A program made the position numbers and the translations under genes. A stretch of DNA of 64,000 bases from Clostridiales bacterium. Lineage in GTDB: Bacteria; Bacillota; Clostridia; Lachnospirales; Lachnospiraceae. The stretch lies in contig JAQYAH010000086.1 in NCBI GenBank assembly GCA_029227635.1, positions 26,160-90,159 on the forward strand. Reading direction: 5' to 3'. Below, piece by piece: positions 28,138 through 36,645 of this stretch; the first letter of the stretch is position 1, and the number at the start of each line of letters is the position of its first letter. The notes under the pieces were generated by a model. The model ran no database searches. It saw nothing but the letters and a program-made list of their open reading frames with translations, and was not told the origin of the DNA.

Positions 28138-28608
28138 TCAGAATCCTCTGAACCTGACAACAAGGATAACCTTCCCGTGGATTTCGTCATCCTCAATATC
28201 TGAGAATAGTCTGCTGTCATTTTGGTTCTCTCTGTAATCATTGAGAATAAATGACCCCGATACCGGATGATCCGATATCTCTTCTTCACACTCAGTTGCA
28301 TAGAAGATATCCTCACTCATCAAGATGTCGTTGACAAACAGACTGCCGTCTCTGATTGTTACCTGATCCCCATCCACTGCTGCCACTCTGGAGATTCTGA
28401 GTTCTCCGGCATAGTTATAGACCACAACATCTTTACTAACTGCCTGGCAGTTTCTTAGATATATACACAGGTCTCCCTCATGAAGTGCCGGATACATTTC
28501 ATTTCCGGAAACTCTCACAACTCCTATTATCAACGTAAACACAATTGCAATCCCAATCAGGAAAGCAGTGACTTTCATTGTCTTTTCTATGATTGTTCTC
28601 TTGTTCAT
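28138..28608 (-). CDS. signal peptidase I (S26) homologue lacking the Ser/Lys dyad; SipA/LepA-like pilus assembly factor
   Basis: N-terminal TM. Box B reads SGNEMYPAL (Glu37 where the nucleophile Ser is expected). Box D reads ISRVAAVDGD (Ser73 where the catalytic Lys is expected). Box E-like NDYRENQNDSR is retained. The gene is divergent from the pilin operon. Confidence 0.75.
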   Translation of the reverse strand: MNKRTIIEKTMKVTAFLIGIAIVFTLIIGVVRVSGNEMYPALHEGDLCIYLRNCQAVSKDVVVYNYAGELRISRVAAVDGDQVTIRDGSLFVNDILMSEDIFYATECEEEISDHPVSGSFILNDYRENQNDSRLFSDIEDDEIHGKVILVVRFRGF

Positions 28609-28701
28609 AAGCTCACCTCTTTAGCATTTAATGTTACTTATTGTTTGTAGTATGCCACAGGCATCAATATATATCAATCATATTTTTTGAAAGGAGACAT
28701 T

Positions 28702-29889
28702 ATGAAAAAAAACACTCTCAAAACAACTGCAGCCTCAGGAATCCTGGCACTATCTCTTTGTTCAGTATTTGCGCAGGCCCCCAAGGTCTTTGCGGCTGAC
28801 AATTACACTCCCGCAATCGGAGGGACCACCACTTTCGACACCTATCTGATTATGGAAGAGCAGGCTCACGTTCCCAATGTAACTTTTAACTATACCGTTG
28901 TTCCCGGAACGTCAAGGACCTATAACCTTGACGGACAAACTCTTGAGATCCTTGCCGGTGTAGGTACTCCTCTTGTATCGCCTGCCGTTTTTTCTCCCGA
29001 CGATACCTCCTACCTGACTCCTCAAGGTACGGATCAAATCACCCTGGATTCTGGTTATAAGTATGCCCGACACGCATCTCAAATAGACTTTTCCGGATGC
29101 AGTTTTGATGAACCGGGTGTATACCGCTATGTAATAAACGCCTCCGATGAGAATAATGGACTACACGGAATCACTACCGATCCGGAGACGACGCGGATAA
29201 TGGATGTCTATGTAACCGATGATTCCGGAGTTCTGATAGTTTCCGGCTATGTACTTCACACCGATGACGGCGATATTTCCATGTCTGATTCCATGGGTTC
29301 TTCATCTTCCCCTGAAGGCAAAGATAAGGGTTATCGCAATACCTATGACTCCCATGACCTTACTCTAAGAAACAGTGTTGAGGGCAACCAGGCCTCAAGG
29401 GATAAGTATTTCCGCTTTACTCTCAATATTGCAGATGCTATTCCCGGCACCCTATTTGATGTAGATCTTTCCCTGGCAGATGCCGTCGTAACATCAACCG
29501 GCGCCACAAAGGATTCATATGTAGGTGTGTCAAACCCCTCATCCATTACTGTGGGCTCCGACGGTACCGCCTCCGTGGATATTTATCTTCAGCATGGCCA
29601 GAGTGTAAAGATTAAGGGGCTTGCCAACGGAACTTCATATGATATTTCCGAAACAGAAGAAGATTATAAACCCTCAAACACTCGCAGCGAAGGTGACCTG
29701 CCTGTTGTTGCCGCCTCAACCAATAATACTTCTGATGATAGCATATCTGCCGACTCGGAAGCGATTTTCCTCAATACACGTGACGGGCTCATTCCTACCG
29801 GTATTATGGTGGATGTCCTCCCCTATGCCATAGTCACTCTTCTTGGAGGCGCCGGTGCGGTTATTACTATGCATAACCGCCGCAGATGA
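28702..29889 (+). CDS. backbone pilin-like surface protein (Spy0128/FctA-like), C-terminal sorting signal LIPTG
   Basis: Signal peptide. FNYTVVPG.. and GVYRYVINASDENNGLHGITTDPETTRIMDVYV resemble T-antigen isopeptide domains. The C-terminus is FLNTRDGLIPTG + TM + HNRRR. ATG 28702 follows AAAGGAG. Confidence 0.75.
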   Translation: MKKNTLKTTAASGILALSLCSVFAQAPKVFAADNYTPAIGGTTTFDTYLIMEEQAHVPNVTFNYTVVPGTSRTYNLDGQTLEILAGVGTPLVSPAVFSPDDTSYLTPQGTDQITLDSGYKYARHASQIDFSGCSFDEPGVYRYVINASDENNGLHGITTDPETTRIMDVYVTDDSGVLIVSGYVLHTDDGDISMSDSMGSSSSPEGKDKGYRNTYDSHDLTLRNSVEGNQASRDKYFRFTLNIADAIPGTLFDVDLSLADAVVTSTGATKDSYVGVSNPSSITVGSDGTASVDIYLQHGQSVKIKGLANGTSYDISETEEDYKPSNTRSEGDLPVVAASTNNTSDDSISADSEAIFLNTRDGLIPTGIMVDVLPYAIVTLLGGAGAVITMHNRRR

Positions 29890-30584
29890 CTAGACTCCTT
29901 CTGCTTTTTGATCACATCGTTGACTTTTTGATCAGTGTTGGCTTTATTGTCTTGTTCTTGATTGGTGCTTACCGTATGTACGATTCATATCTCATTATCG
30001 ACAAGGCCTCCAATCGGCAATTACTGGCAATAAAGCCTGAATCAGAAGTCTATGTTCCTGTGGAAATTGCCGAGGATTCTATTGCCTGGCTCACTCTATT
30101 TGATACCGCTATTGATTACCCGGTCATGCAAGGAAAGGACAATGAGGAATACTTAATCAAGGATCCTTTTGGCGAGTATTCTCTTTCCGGTTCCATATTT
30201 CTGGATTCAAGAAACTCCTCGGATTTTTCCTCCGAATATTGTCTTTTGTATGGACATCACATGAAACAGGATCTGATGTTTGGAGGCCTGGATCGATTTT
30301 TTGAAATGTCCTATTTTGACTCCCATAGAGCTGGAATCCTCAAAACCTCCGCCGGCAGCTATCGTCTGGAGATCTTCTCAGTGATCTCCGACGATGCCGG
30401 TAACCATTTACTTTTTAACCCTGAGAATTCTTCGGAGGTTATTTCCTATTTACGAGATAACGCCGAGATATTTATTGAACCCTTTAACAATCATATTTTG
30501 GGCATGAGCACTTGTGGCACCGGCAACACCACTACCAGAACGTTGGTTTTTGCCTGCCTGATCCCCCTCATGCCCCAACCTTAA
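29886..30584 (+). CDS. class B sortase
   Basis: N-terminal TM, IDYPVMQGKDNEEYL, GSIFLDSRN, LLYGHHM (His), GMSTC (Cys), TTRTLVF (Arg). The ATG overlaps the pilin stop (ATGA). Confidence 0.85.
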   Translation: MTRLLLLFDHIVDFLISVGFIVLFLIGAYRMYDSYLIIDKASNRQLLAIKPESEVYVPVEIAEDSIAWLTLFDTAIDYPVMQGKDNEEYLIKDPFGEYSLSGSIFLDSRNSSDFSSEYCLLYGHHMKQDLMFGGLDRFFEMSYFDSHRAGILKTSAGSYRLEIFSVISDDAGNHLLFNPENSSEVISYLRDNAEIFIEPFNNHILGMSTCGTGNTTTRTLVFACLIPLMPQP

Positions 30585-30595
30585 GGAGCAGTAAC

Positions 30596-33133
30596 ATGAT
30601 ATACACAAGACGAAATACTTATCGCCTGATTGCAGTAATCACAGGTATTATTATGCTTTTTGTATTATTGCTAAACATGTACACTCACGCAGAAGAACTT
30701 GAAGAACCGGTTCCGGAGCCCTCTGTCTCAGAAGAAGTCCCCGATGGTCCATCAAATACGGAAGACCTTGACTCCCCACCCATAGATTCCCCTTCCACAG
30801 ACGAGCCACTGGTAAGCACCCCTGAGGTTCTTACCTCTGAGCCGGATACCTCGGTGGATCCCGTACTGACCTACAGTGCCCATATGCAGACCCATGGCTG
30901 GCTGGATGAGGTTTGTCAGGATGAGATATCCGGTCTTCCCTCTGGAAACAAACGCTTGGAGGCTTTCAAAGTATCTGTTTCAACCGACAAGGATATTCAC
31001 ATTTCCTACTCCGCTCGGGTAGATAATGTATGGCAGTCTCCGGTGAGCGATGGAGATATCTCGGGAACCATCGGCCTTAGCAAACCTATTGACGGCATAC
31101 GAATGTATCTTACCGGTTCCGATGCTTCTTCCTACTCACTTTGGTACTCTGTCTATGTTTACGACGTAGGTTGGACCGCCTACGTCAGGGATGGAAGCAA
31201 CATAGGAGATCGCAAAGGTGATACAAACCGTATTGAGGCCTTTCGCGCAATTATTCTTCCAAGAAATTCTACTCCTCCGGGAGCAACAGGCACTCAACAA
31301 TTCGGCGGCGCCGGAAGCAGTGTCACTTTTGAAGAAAATTTAGGCCGGGCAGATGTTACTATCATAAAGACCCTGCTGACTTCCAATGCAGATTCTTTCC
31401 AGGGCAATTCCAACTGGTCTCTACGTGCCAACGAAGGCCGCTATGACAAAGTATTTAACTCCGGTCCCAACACAGTTGTCACTTATAACGGCACTCTTGC
31501 TCCGGGAACCTCTATGAATCTTGGGGAATTTTCCCTAACCTGGAAAAATGCTGCGATGACCCGGGACGGAGTTTTCCACGACATTACTCTGACCTTTTCT
31601 GATTTTATTGTCAGAAACCCCGGCACCACCACAGTTCCGGCTAACGGATTCGTCTCTGTTGGAGACAGCCGTAGTTTTCTCTGGATAAATGCATATGCCT
31701 TCGATTCCGCCGGCAATTATATTAGAATCGGGGTAAACAACAAGGTCACTGTAAGCTTTTCCGATCTTTCTACCGAGAAATATATATTCCAGTGCAAAGA
31801 CCTTGATCAGAGAGGCATTAATGAGACCGGCACTTCCACTGGTTTTCTGTCACGTTACACCGAGAGTGTACAAATCCTTGAAGGTTTCAACACTCCCATC
31901 TATGTCCTTGATCCCGGTGATAACGTAAAGTACATTGATATCTCATCAAATAATACACTGTACAGAGCTTCCGACACTCTTGCCTCAGGAACCGGCAGTA
32001 AAACTGAGAAATATTCCGGTTTTGCCACTCTTGCAGATTCAGACTCATCTTTTCGTTGGAGCGGGACTCAATGTGGAACTGCACTGCTGTTTTCTGGCAA
32101 CGATTTTGGACCATATAAACTCATCTGCACAACTTCCGGAAAATATCCGGATAACGTATACATAAGTCCATCCGATGAAAACGTACCCTGGCATGATACC
32201 AGAACTGTGGAAATGATTCCGGATGAGAATTTTTGGATTTCCCAAATCACTGTTGACGGAGAAATAATAGACAGTTCCGGCATCAGCGAGTATACCTTTG
32301 GTCCCTTCGAGAGCGACCACAAAATCGATGTTCAGGTAGAAACCGCTGGGTTATCTCTCTGCATCCTAAAGTCCGATGCCGACAATCCGAACAATATGCT
32401 TTCAGGCGCTGTTTATCGTCTCACTGGGTATTTATCCAATGGTTCCTTCTATGACCAGGAGCTCACCACTGATGAATCGGGGCAGTTGTTATTTGGCGGA
32501 CTTACCAAGGGCCAATACGAGCTTCGGGAGATTTCTCCCCCTGAAAACTATCTGTCTGATCCCGAAAACTACATTATTGAGATAGATGAATCAGGCTCTG
32601 TTACTGTAAAAGGCACCGATGGAAACACACCTGAAGTATCAGAGAACACAATATATCTCACCGATGTCAAGGGAACAGGAAGTCTTGTAATAGACAAGGA
32701 GGTTACCGGAAACATTTCCAGTAAAACCAAAGAATTTTGTTTTAAACTTGCTCTTTCTGAGGATACTATTCCCTACACAGAGCAGCTGACCTACAGGCTT
32801 AATGATGAGAAAGTCGGAACATTATCAGGTGAATATACTTTCTCCCTTAAACACGGAGACAAGATTACTATCTCCGGCATTCCTCTTGGGCTTAGTTACG
32901 AGGTGGTAGAGACTGATTCCAAAGGTTACACCTCCACTTCCCAGAACAATACTGGAATCGTGACCGCAGATAATGAGGAGATTTCCTTTTTAAATACCAG
33001 AAATGCTCTAATCTCCACTGGAATTTCCACCCCTGGTTTCTCCCTGGTCGTACTGGCGCTGCTATCAATCATAACTCTAGGTCTGTTCTATTATGTGTTT
33101 TTAGTTAGAAAGCGCAAACGACTCCAACGTTAA
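30596..33133 (+). CDS. large pilus tip/adhesin-like surface protein: ChW repeats, central domain, Cna-B/SpaA-type domains, LISTG sorting signal
   Basis: Start at MIYTRR (AAGGAG 8 nt upstream). Three ChW-like repeats (HMQTHGW.., VDNVWQSP..GTIG.., YDVGWTAY..NRIEAF). The Cna-B-like segment is SGAVYRLTG..DESGQLLFGGLTKGQYELREISPPENY. The C-terminus is FLNTRNALISTG + TM + RKRKRLQR. Confidence 0.75.
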   Translation: MIYTRRNTYRLIAVITGIIMLFVLLLNMYTHAEELEEPVPEPSVSEEVPDGPSNTEDLDSPPIDSPSTDEPLVSTPEVLTSEPDTSVDPVLTYSAHMQTHGWLDEVCQDEISGLPSGNKRLEAFKVSVSTDKDIHISYSARVDNVWQSPVSDGDISGTIGLSKPIDGIRMYLTGSDASSYSLWYSVYVYDVGWTAYVRDGSNIGDRKGDTNRIEAFRAIILPRNSTPPGATGTQQFGGAGSSVTFEENLGRADVTIIKTLLTSNADSFQGNSNWSLRANEGRYDKVFNSGPNTVVTYNGTLAPGTSMNLGEFSLTWKNAAMTRDGVFHDITLTFSDFIVRNPGTTTVPANGFVSVGDSRSFLWINAYAFDSAGNYIRIGVNNKVTVSFSDLSTEKYIFQCKDLDQRGINETGTSTGFLSRYTESVQILEGFNTPIYVLDPGDNVKYIDISSNNTLYRASDTLASGTGSKTEKYSGFATLADSDSSFRWSGTQCGTALLFSGNDFGPYKLICTTSGKYPDNVYISPSDENVPWHDTRTVEMIPDENFWISQITVDGEIIDSSGISEYTFGPFESDHKIDVQVETAGLSLCILKSDADNPNNMLSGAVYRLTGYLSNGSFYDQELTTDESGQLLFGGLTKGQYELREISPPENYLSDPENYIIEIDESGSVTVKGTDGNTPEVSENTIYLTDVKGTGSLVIDKEVTGNISSKTKEFCFKLALSEDTIPYTEQLTYRLNDEKVGTLSGEYTFSLKHGDKITISGIPLGLSYEVVETDSKGYTSTSQNNTGIVTADNEEISFLNTRNALISTGISTPGFSLVVLALLSIITLGLFYYVFLVRKRKRLQR

Positions 33134-33215
33134 ATGATTCCTTTGTCCTGCCCTTGTTAGTACAATGTTTGTTTGCTAAACTTTTCATGTACATTGTTAT
33201 TAGTAAAGGACAAAT

Positions 33216-33866
33216 ATGATAATCTACACAACCGACACAGAATACTTTTCCGAAACTCTCCTTGAGGAGTTGATACGATATATTCATCCGGACCGGGCTG
33301 CCTATGCCCTTAGGGCCTCAAATCCTGAAGTTCGCAGACAGCGAATTATCGGCAGCCTGCTTCTGATGATTGCTCTTAGAAAAGAATATCAGATGGAGAA
33401 TTGCCCTGTAATAGAGTCTTCTCCTCTAGGCAAACCAGTTCTCAGGGACTATCCCTATATCCACTTTAATCTTTCTCACAGCGACGGTGTGGTTGCCTGC
33501 ATGACTTCCGACGTCCCCTGCGGCATCGATGTTCAGCACTGCGTACCCTATAGAGAAAGTGTAGCTAATAGGTATTTCAGCGAAGCTGAGCAGTGCAAAC
33601 TTCATGACCTGAAAGACCCCCATGAGAGTTCAATGTATTTTACTGCGCTCTGGACCCGGTTTGAGTGCCAGACAAAACTAATAGGCACCGGGATTTCAGG
33701 CTCAATCTCTTCAATCTTAGATGATCCGACTGAAATCACCACCTTGTATTTTTCTGATTTTTGCATGTCCTTTTCCGGAGTCCTGAATCATCCCCCCATT
33801 CCAATGAAAGGTCCGGAAATATTAGGTTTTTTCCGCAGAAATTATCCCAAAAAGGTTTCTTTTTAA
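33216..33866 (+). CDS. Sfp-type 4'-phosphopantetheinyl transferase
   Basis: GKPVL..IHFNLSHSDGVV..CGIDVQ..WTRFECQTKLIGTG follows the Sfp/EntD motif order. Confidence 0.7.
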   Translation: MIIYTTDTEYFSETLLEELIRYIHPDRAAYALRASNPEVRRQRIIGSLLLMIALRKEYQMENCPVIESSPLGKPVLRDYPYIHFNLSHSDGVVACMTSDVPCGIDVQHCVPYRESVANRYFSEAEQCKLHDLKDPHESSMYFTALWTRFECQTKLIGTGISGSISSILDDPTEITTLYFSDFCMSFSGVLNHPPIPMKGPEILGFFRRNYPKKVSF

Positions 33867-33932
33867 GGCAAAAAAAGAGATAATATAAGTTGTAGCTTTA
33901 TTGTCGAAATTCAAAACAAAGGGGGTTTTAAC

Positions 33933-35327
33933 TTGAGAAATGAAGATTTCCTGGAAACATATGGTTTTTCGATTGAGGACCTGGACACCCTTTTGTCAGA
34001 GAAGAAATATCGACAGTTAAGAGAGAAGCTCAACGAACTAAATGAAATGGACGTTGCGGACTATCTTCAGGAAATGGAGAAGGAGAAGCGACTCCTGGTT
34101 TTCAGAATGCTCAATAAGGACCGTGCCGCTGAAGTATTCACCTCCTTCCCTTACGAAACTCAAGGGGAGATCATCAACGCAATTAATGATCGAGAGTTGA
34201 AGAACATCATAGAAGAGATCTATGTTGATGACGCGGTTGACCTTATGGAGGAGCTGCCTGCTACCGTTGTATGGAGAGTTCTTGCCGCAGCCACCCCGGA
34301 AACCAGAAAGACTATCAATGAATTTTTGCAATATCCCGACGATTCTGCCGGCAGCATTATGACTTGTGAGTACATTTCTCTCAAGAAAGAGATGGATGTA
34401 CTTCACTCCTTTGAATATATACGTACCTATGGTATGGATTCAGAGACGATCTACGTGCTGTTTGTCACAGATATGCAGCGCCATCTTGAAGGTGTCGTCA
34501 CTGTTAAAGACCTCCTTATGAATCCTTATGAAACAGTAGTAAAGGATATCATGGAGACCAATATCATCAAGTGTACAACCACCGACGACCAGGAAGATGT
34601 TGCCGCCCTTTTCAACCGTTACGACCTTTTGGTTCTTCCGGTTGTAGACAAAGAGAATCGCCTTGTGGGAATCGTTACCGTCGATGATATCGTAGATGTC
34701 ATGGAGGTTGAGGCAACCGAGGATATCGAGAAAATGGCCGCTATCGTACCTACCGAGAAGACCTATTTTCAAACAAGTGTCTTCGAGACCTGGAAATCAC
34801 GTATCCCCTGGCTCATGCTTCTCATGATAAGCGCAACCTTCACCGGAATTATTATTACCAGCTTTGAGGATGCTCTGGCAGCCTGTGTTGTCCTGACTGG
34901 ATTTATTCCCATGCTAATGGACACCGCCGGAAACAGCGGAAGCCAGGCAAGTGTAACCATTATCCGTGCCTTGTCACTTGGAGATGTAGAGCCTTCGGAT
35001 GTACTTAAAGTAGTTTGGAAGGAACTCCGGGTAGCACTCGTTTGCGGTGCTTCTTTGGCTGCAGTCAATTTCCTTAAGATCTATATTGTAGATCGCTCCA
35101 TTCTAGGAAATACTGATATTTCTCTCGCAGTGGATGCTGTTATCTGCCTTACCCTAATGGTTACGGTCATCTGTGCAAAACTGGTTGGCTGCTGCCTTCC
35201 GCTTATTGCCCAGAAGATCAAGCTCGACCCGGCAGTTGTCGCATCACCTTTTATCACAACTATCGTTGATGCTGTGTCATTGTTGATCTATTTCACATTT
35301 GCAAAGATGCTTTTGGGAATAGGATGA
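33933..35327 (+). CDS. mgtE: magnesium transporter MgtE
   Basis: MgtE N-domain, a CBS pair and a TM domain with MDTAGNSGSQ. TTG start follows AAGGGGG. Confidence 0.93.
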   Translation: MRNEDFLETYGFSIEDLDTLLSEKKYRQLREKLNELNEMDVADYLQEMEKEKRLLVFRMLNKDRAAEVFTSFPYETQGEIINAINDRELKNIIEEIYVDDAVDLMEELPATVVWRVLAAATPETRKTINEFLQYPDDSAGSIMTCEYISLKKEMDVLHSFEYIRTYGMDSETIYVLFVTDMQRHLEGVVTVKDLLMNPYETVVKDIMETNIIKCTTTDDQEDVAALFNRYDLLVLPVVDKENRLVGIVTVDDIVDVMEVEATEDIEKMAAIVPTEKTYFQTSVFETWKSRIPWLMLLMISATFTGIIITSFEDALAACVVLTGFIPMLMDTAGNSGSQASVTIIRALSLGDVEPSDVLKVVWKELRVALVCGASLAAVNFLKIYIVDRSILGNTDISLAVDAVICLTLMVTVICAKLVGCCLPLIAQKIKLDPAVVASPFITTIVDAVSLLIYFTFAKMLLGIG

Positions 35328-35361
35328 TTATATTATTTTAGTAAAGGAGTTTATTTATATC

Positions 35362-36645
35362 ATGGACGATGGGAGTCTAGTGCCCTGGTTAAGTGCAGTG
35401 ATCATGTTGATCGTTGCCGCGTTTTTCGCAGTTGCGGAAACCTCTTTTGCGTCTTCCTCCCGCAGCAAGCTCAAAGCTGCTGCCGAGCGCGGAGATGCCA
35501 GAGCGCAGAAAGCGCTGTATGTACTCGATAATTTTGATCGAGCCATTACAACAATCCTGATTGGTACAAACATTACTCACCTGGCAGCTGCCTCTATTGT
35601 TACAGTTGCCGTTACAAGGATCTGGGGTATCTCTTTTGTTTCAATAAGCACAATACTCACAACTATTGTTGTGTTTTTTGCTGCCGAGATGCTCCCTAAG
35701 AGCATTGCCGGAAAAGCACCGGAAAAATGTGCCCTCGGATGTGCTTCTATTCTTGTTTTCTGTATGAAACTCTTCTACCCTATCGCCTGGATTCTGACTT
35801 TTATCGGCCAGACTGCATCCAGGTTTACAGAAGGAGATTCAGAAGTGTCTGTGTCCGTAGATGAACTATACGATATCATTGACGACATGACAGAAAGAGG
35901 CAGCCTTGACGAGGAAAGAGGAGAGTTGGTTTCCTCTGCCCTGAATTTTGGCGAGATTACCGCAGAAAACATTCTCACCCCGCGAGTTGACCTGACCGCA
36001 ATCAGCATCGATACTCCGGCAGATGAGATCCTTGAGGTAATACAGTCCTCTAAGCACAGCCGTATTCCGGTATATGACGGTAATATTGACAATATTGTGG
36101 GGATTCTGCAGATTCGCAGATTCCTTAAAGCGTACAGACACCAGAGTTCATCGATAAACATCCGCACTCTTCTGGACAAGGTCTTTTTCGTTCACCACAG
36201 CACTCGCATAAGTGAACTGTTACCTGTTATGTCAAAGCGTCACCTGAATATAGCAGTTATTACCGACAACTTCGGCGGAACCTTCGGTATCGTTACCGTT
36301 GAGGACATCCTCGAAGCGTTGATTGGTGATGTCTGGGATGAGGATGACGTTGTGGAAGAACCTATTATCAGAATAAATGAAAACACTCTGCTGGTTGATG
36401 CAGATGTGTCAGTTGGCAGTGTTTTTGACTATATGGATCTCGAAATTCCCGAAGAAGATGAAGAAGAGCTTTTTAATATGATCATCAGCGAGTGGGTTTA
36501 TGAGCAGTTTACAGAGATTCCCAAGCCCGGTGATTCATTTACCTATGAACGGGTCGAGGTTACAGTGTCCAAAATGGATCAGAACCGAATACTAAAGCTC
36601 AAAGTCTCTTTGCTTCCTGAAAAATCAGAAGGAGGTGAAGAGTAA
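35362..36645 (+). CDS. CNNM/DUF21-CBS-CorC_HlyC family protein (hemolysin-like; putative Mg/Co efflux)
   Basis: DUF21 TM region, a CBS pair (..SRIPVYDGNIDNIVGIL..) and a CorC_HlyC C-terminus. Confidence 0.88.
   Translation: MDDGSLVPWLSAVIMLIVAAFFAVAETSFASSSRSKLKAAAERGDARAQKALYVLDNFDRAITTILIGTNITHLAAASIVTVAVTRIWGISFVSISTILTTIVVFFAAEMLPKSIAGKAPEKCALGCASILVFCMKLFYPIAWILTFIGQTASRFTEGDSEVSVSVDELYDIIDDMTERGSLDEERGELVSSALNFGEITAENILTPRVDLTAISIDTPADEILEVIQSSKHSRIPVYDGNIDNIVGILQIRRFLKAYRHQSSSINIRTLLDKVFFVHHSTRISELLPVMSKRHLNIAVITDNFGGTFGIVTVEDILEALIGDVWDEDDVVEEPIIRINENTLLVDADVSVGSVFDYMDLEIPEEDEEELFNMIISEWVYEQFTEIPKPGDSFTYERVEVTVSKMDQNRILKLKVSLLPEKSEGGEE

Noticed and set aside
33867-33932. M-box riboswitch upstream of mgtE
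   Set aside because: The 66-nt intergenic space is too short, and no M-box-like conserved segments were seen.
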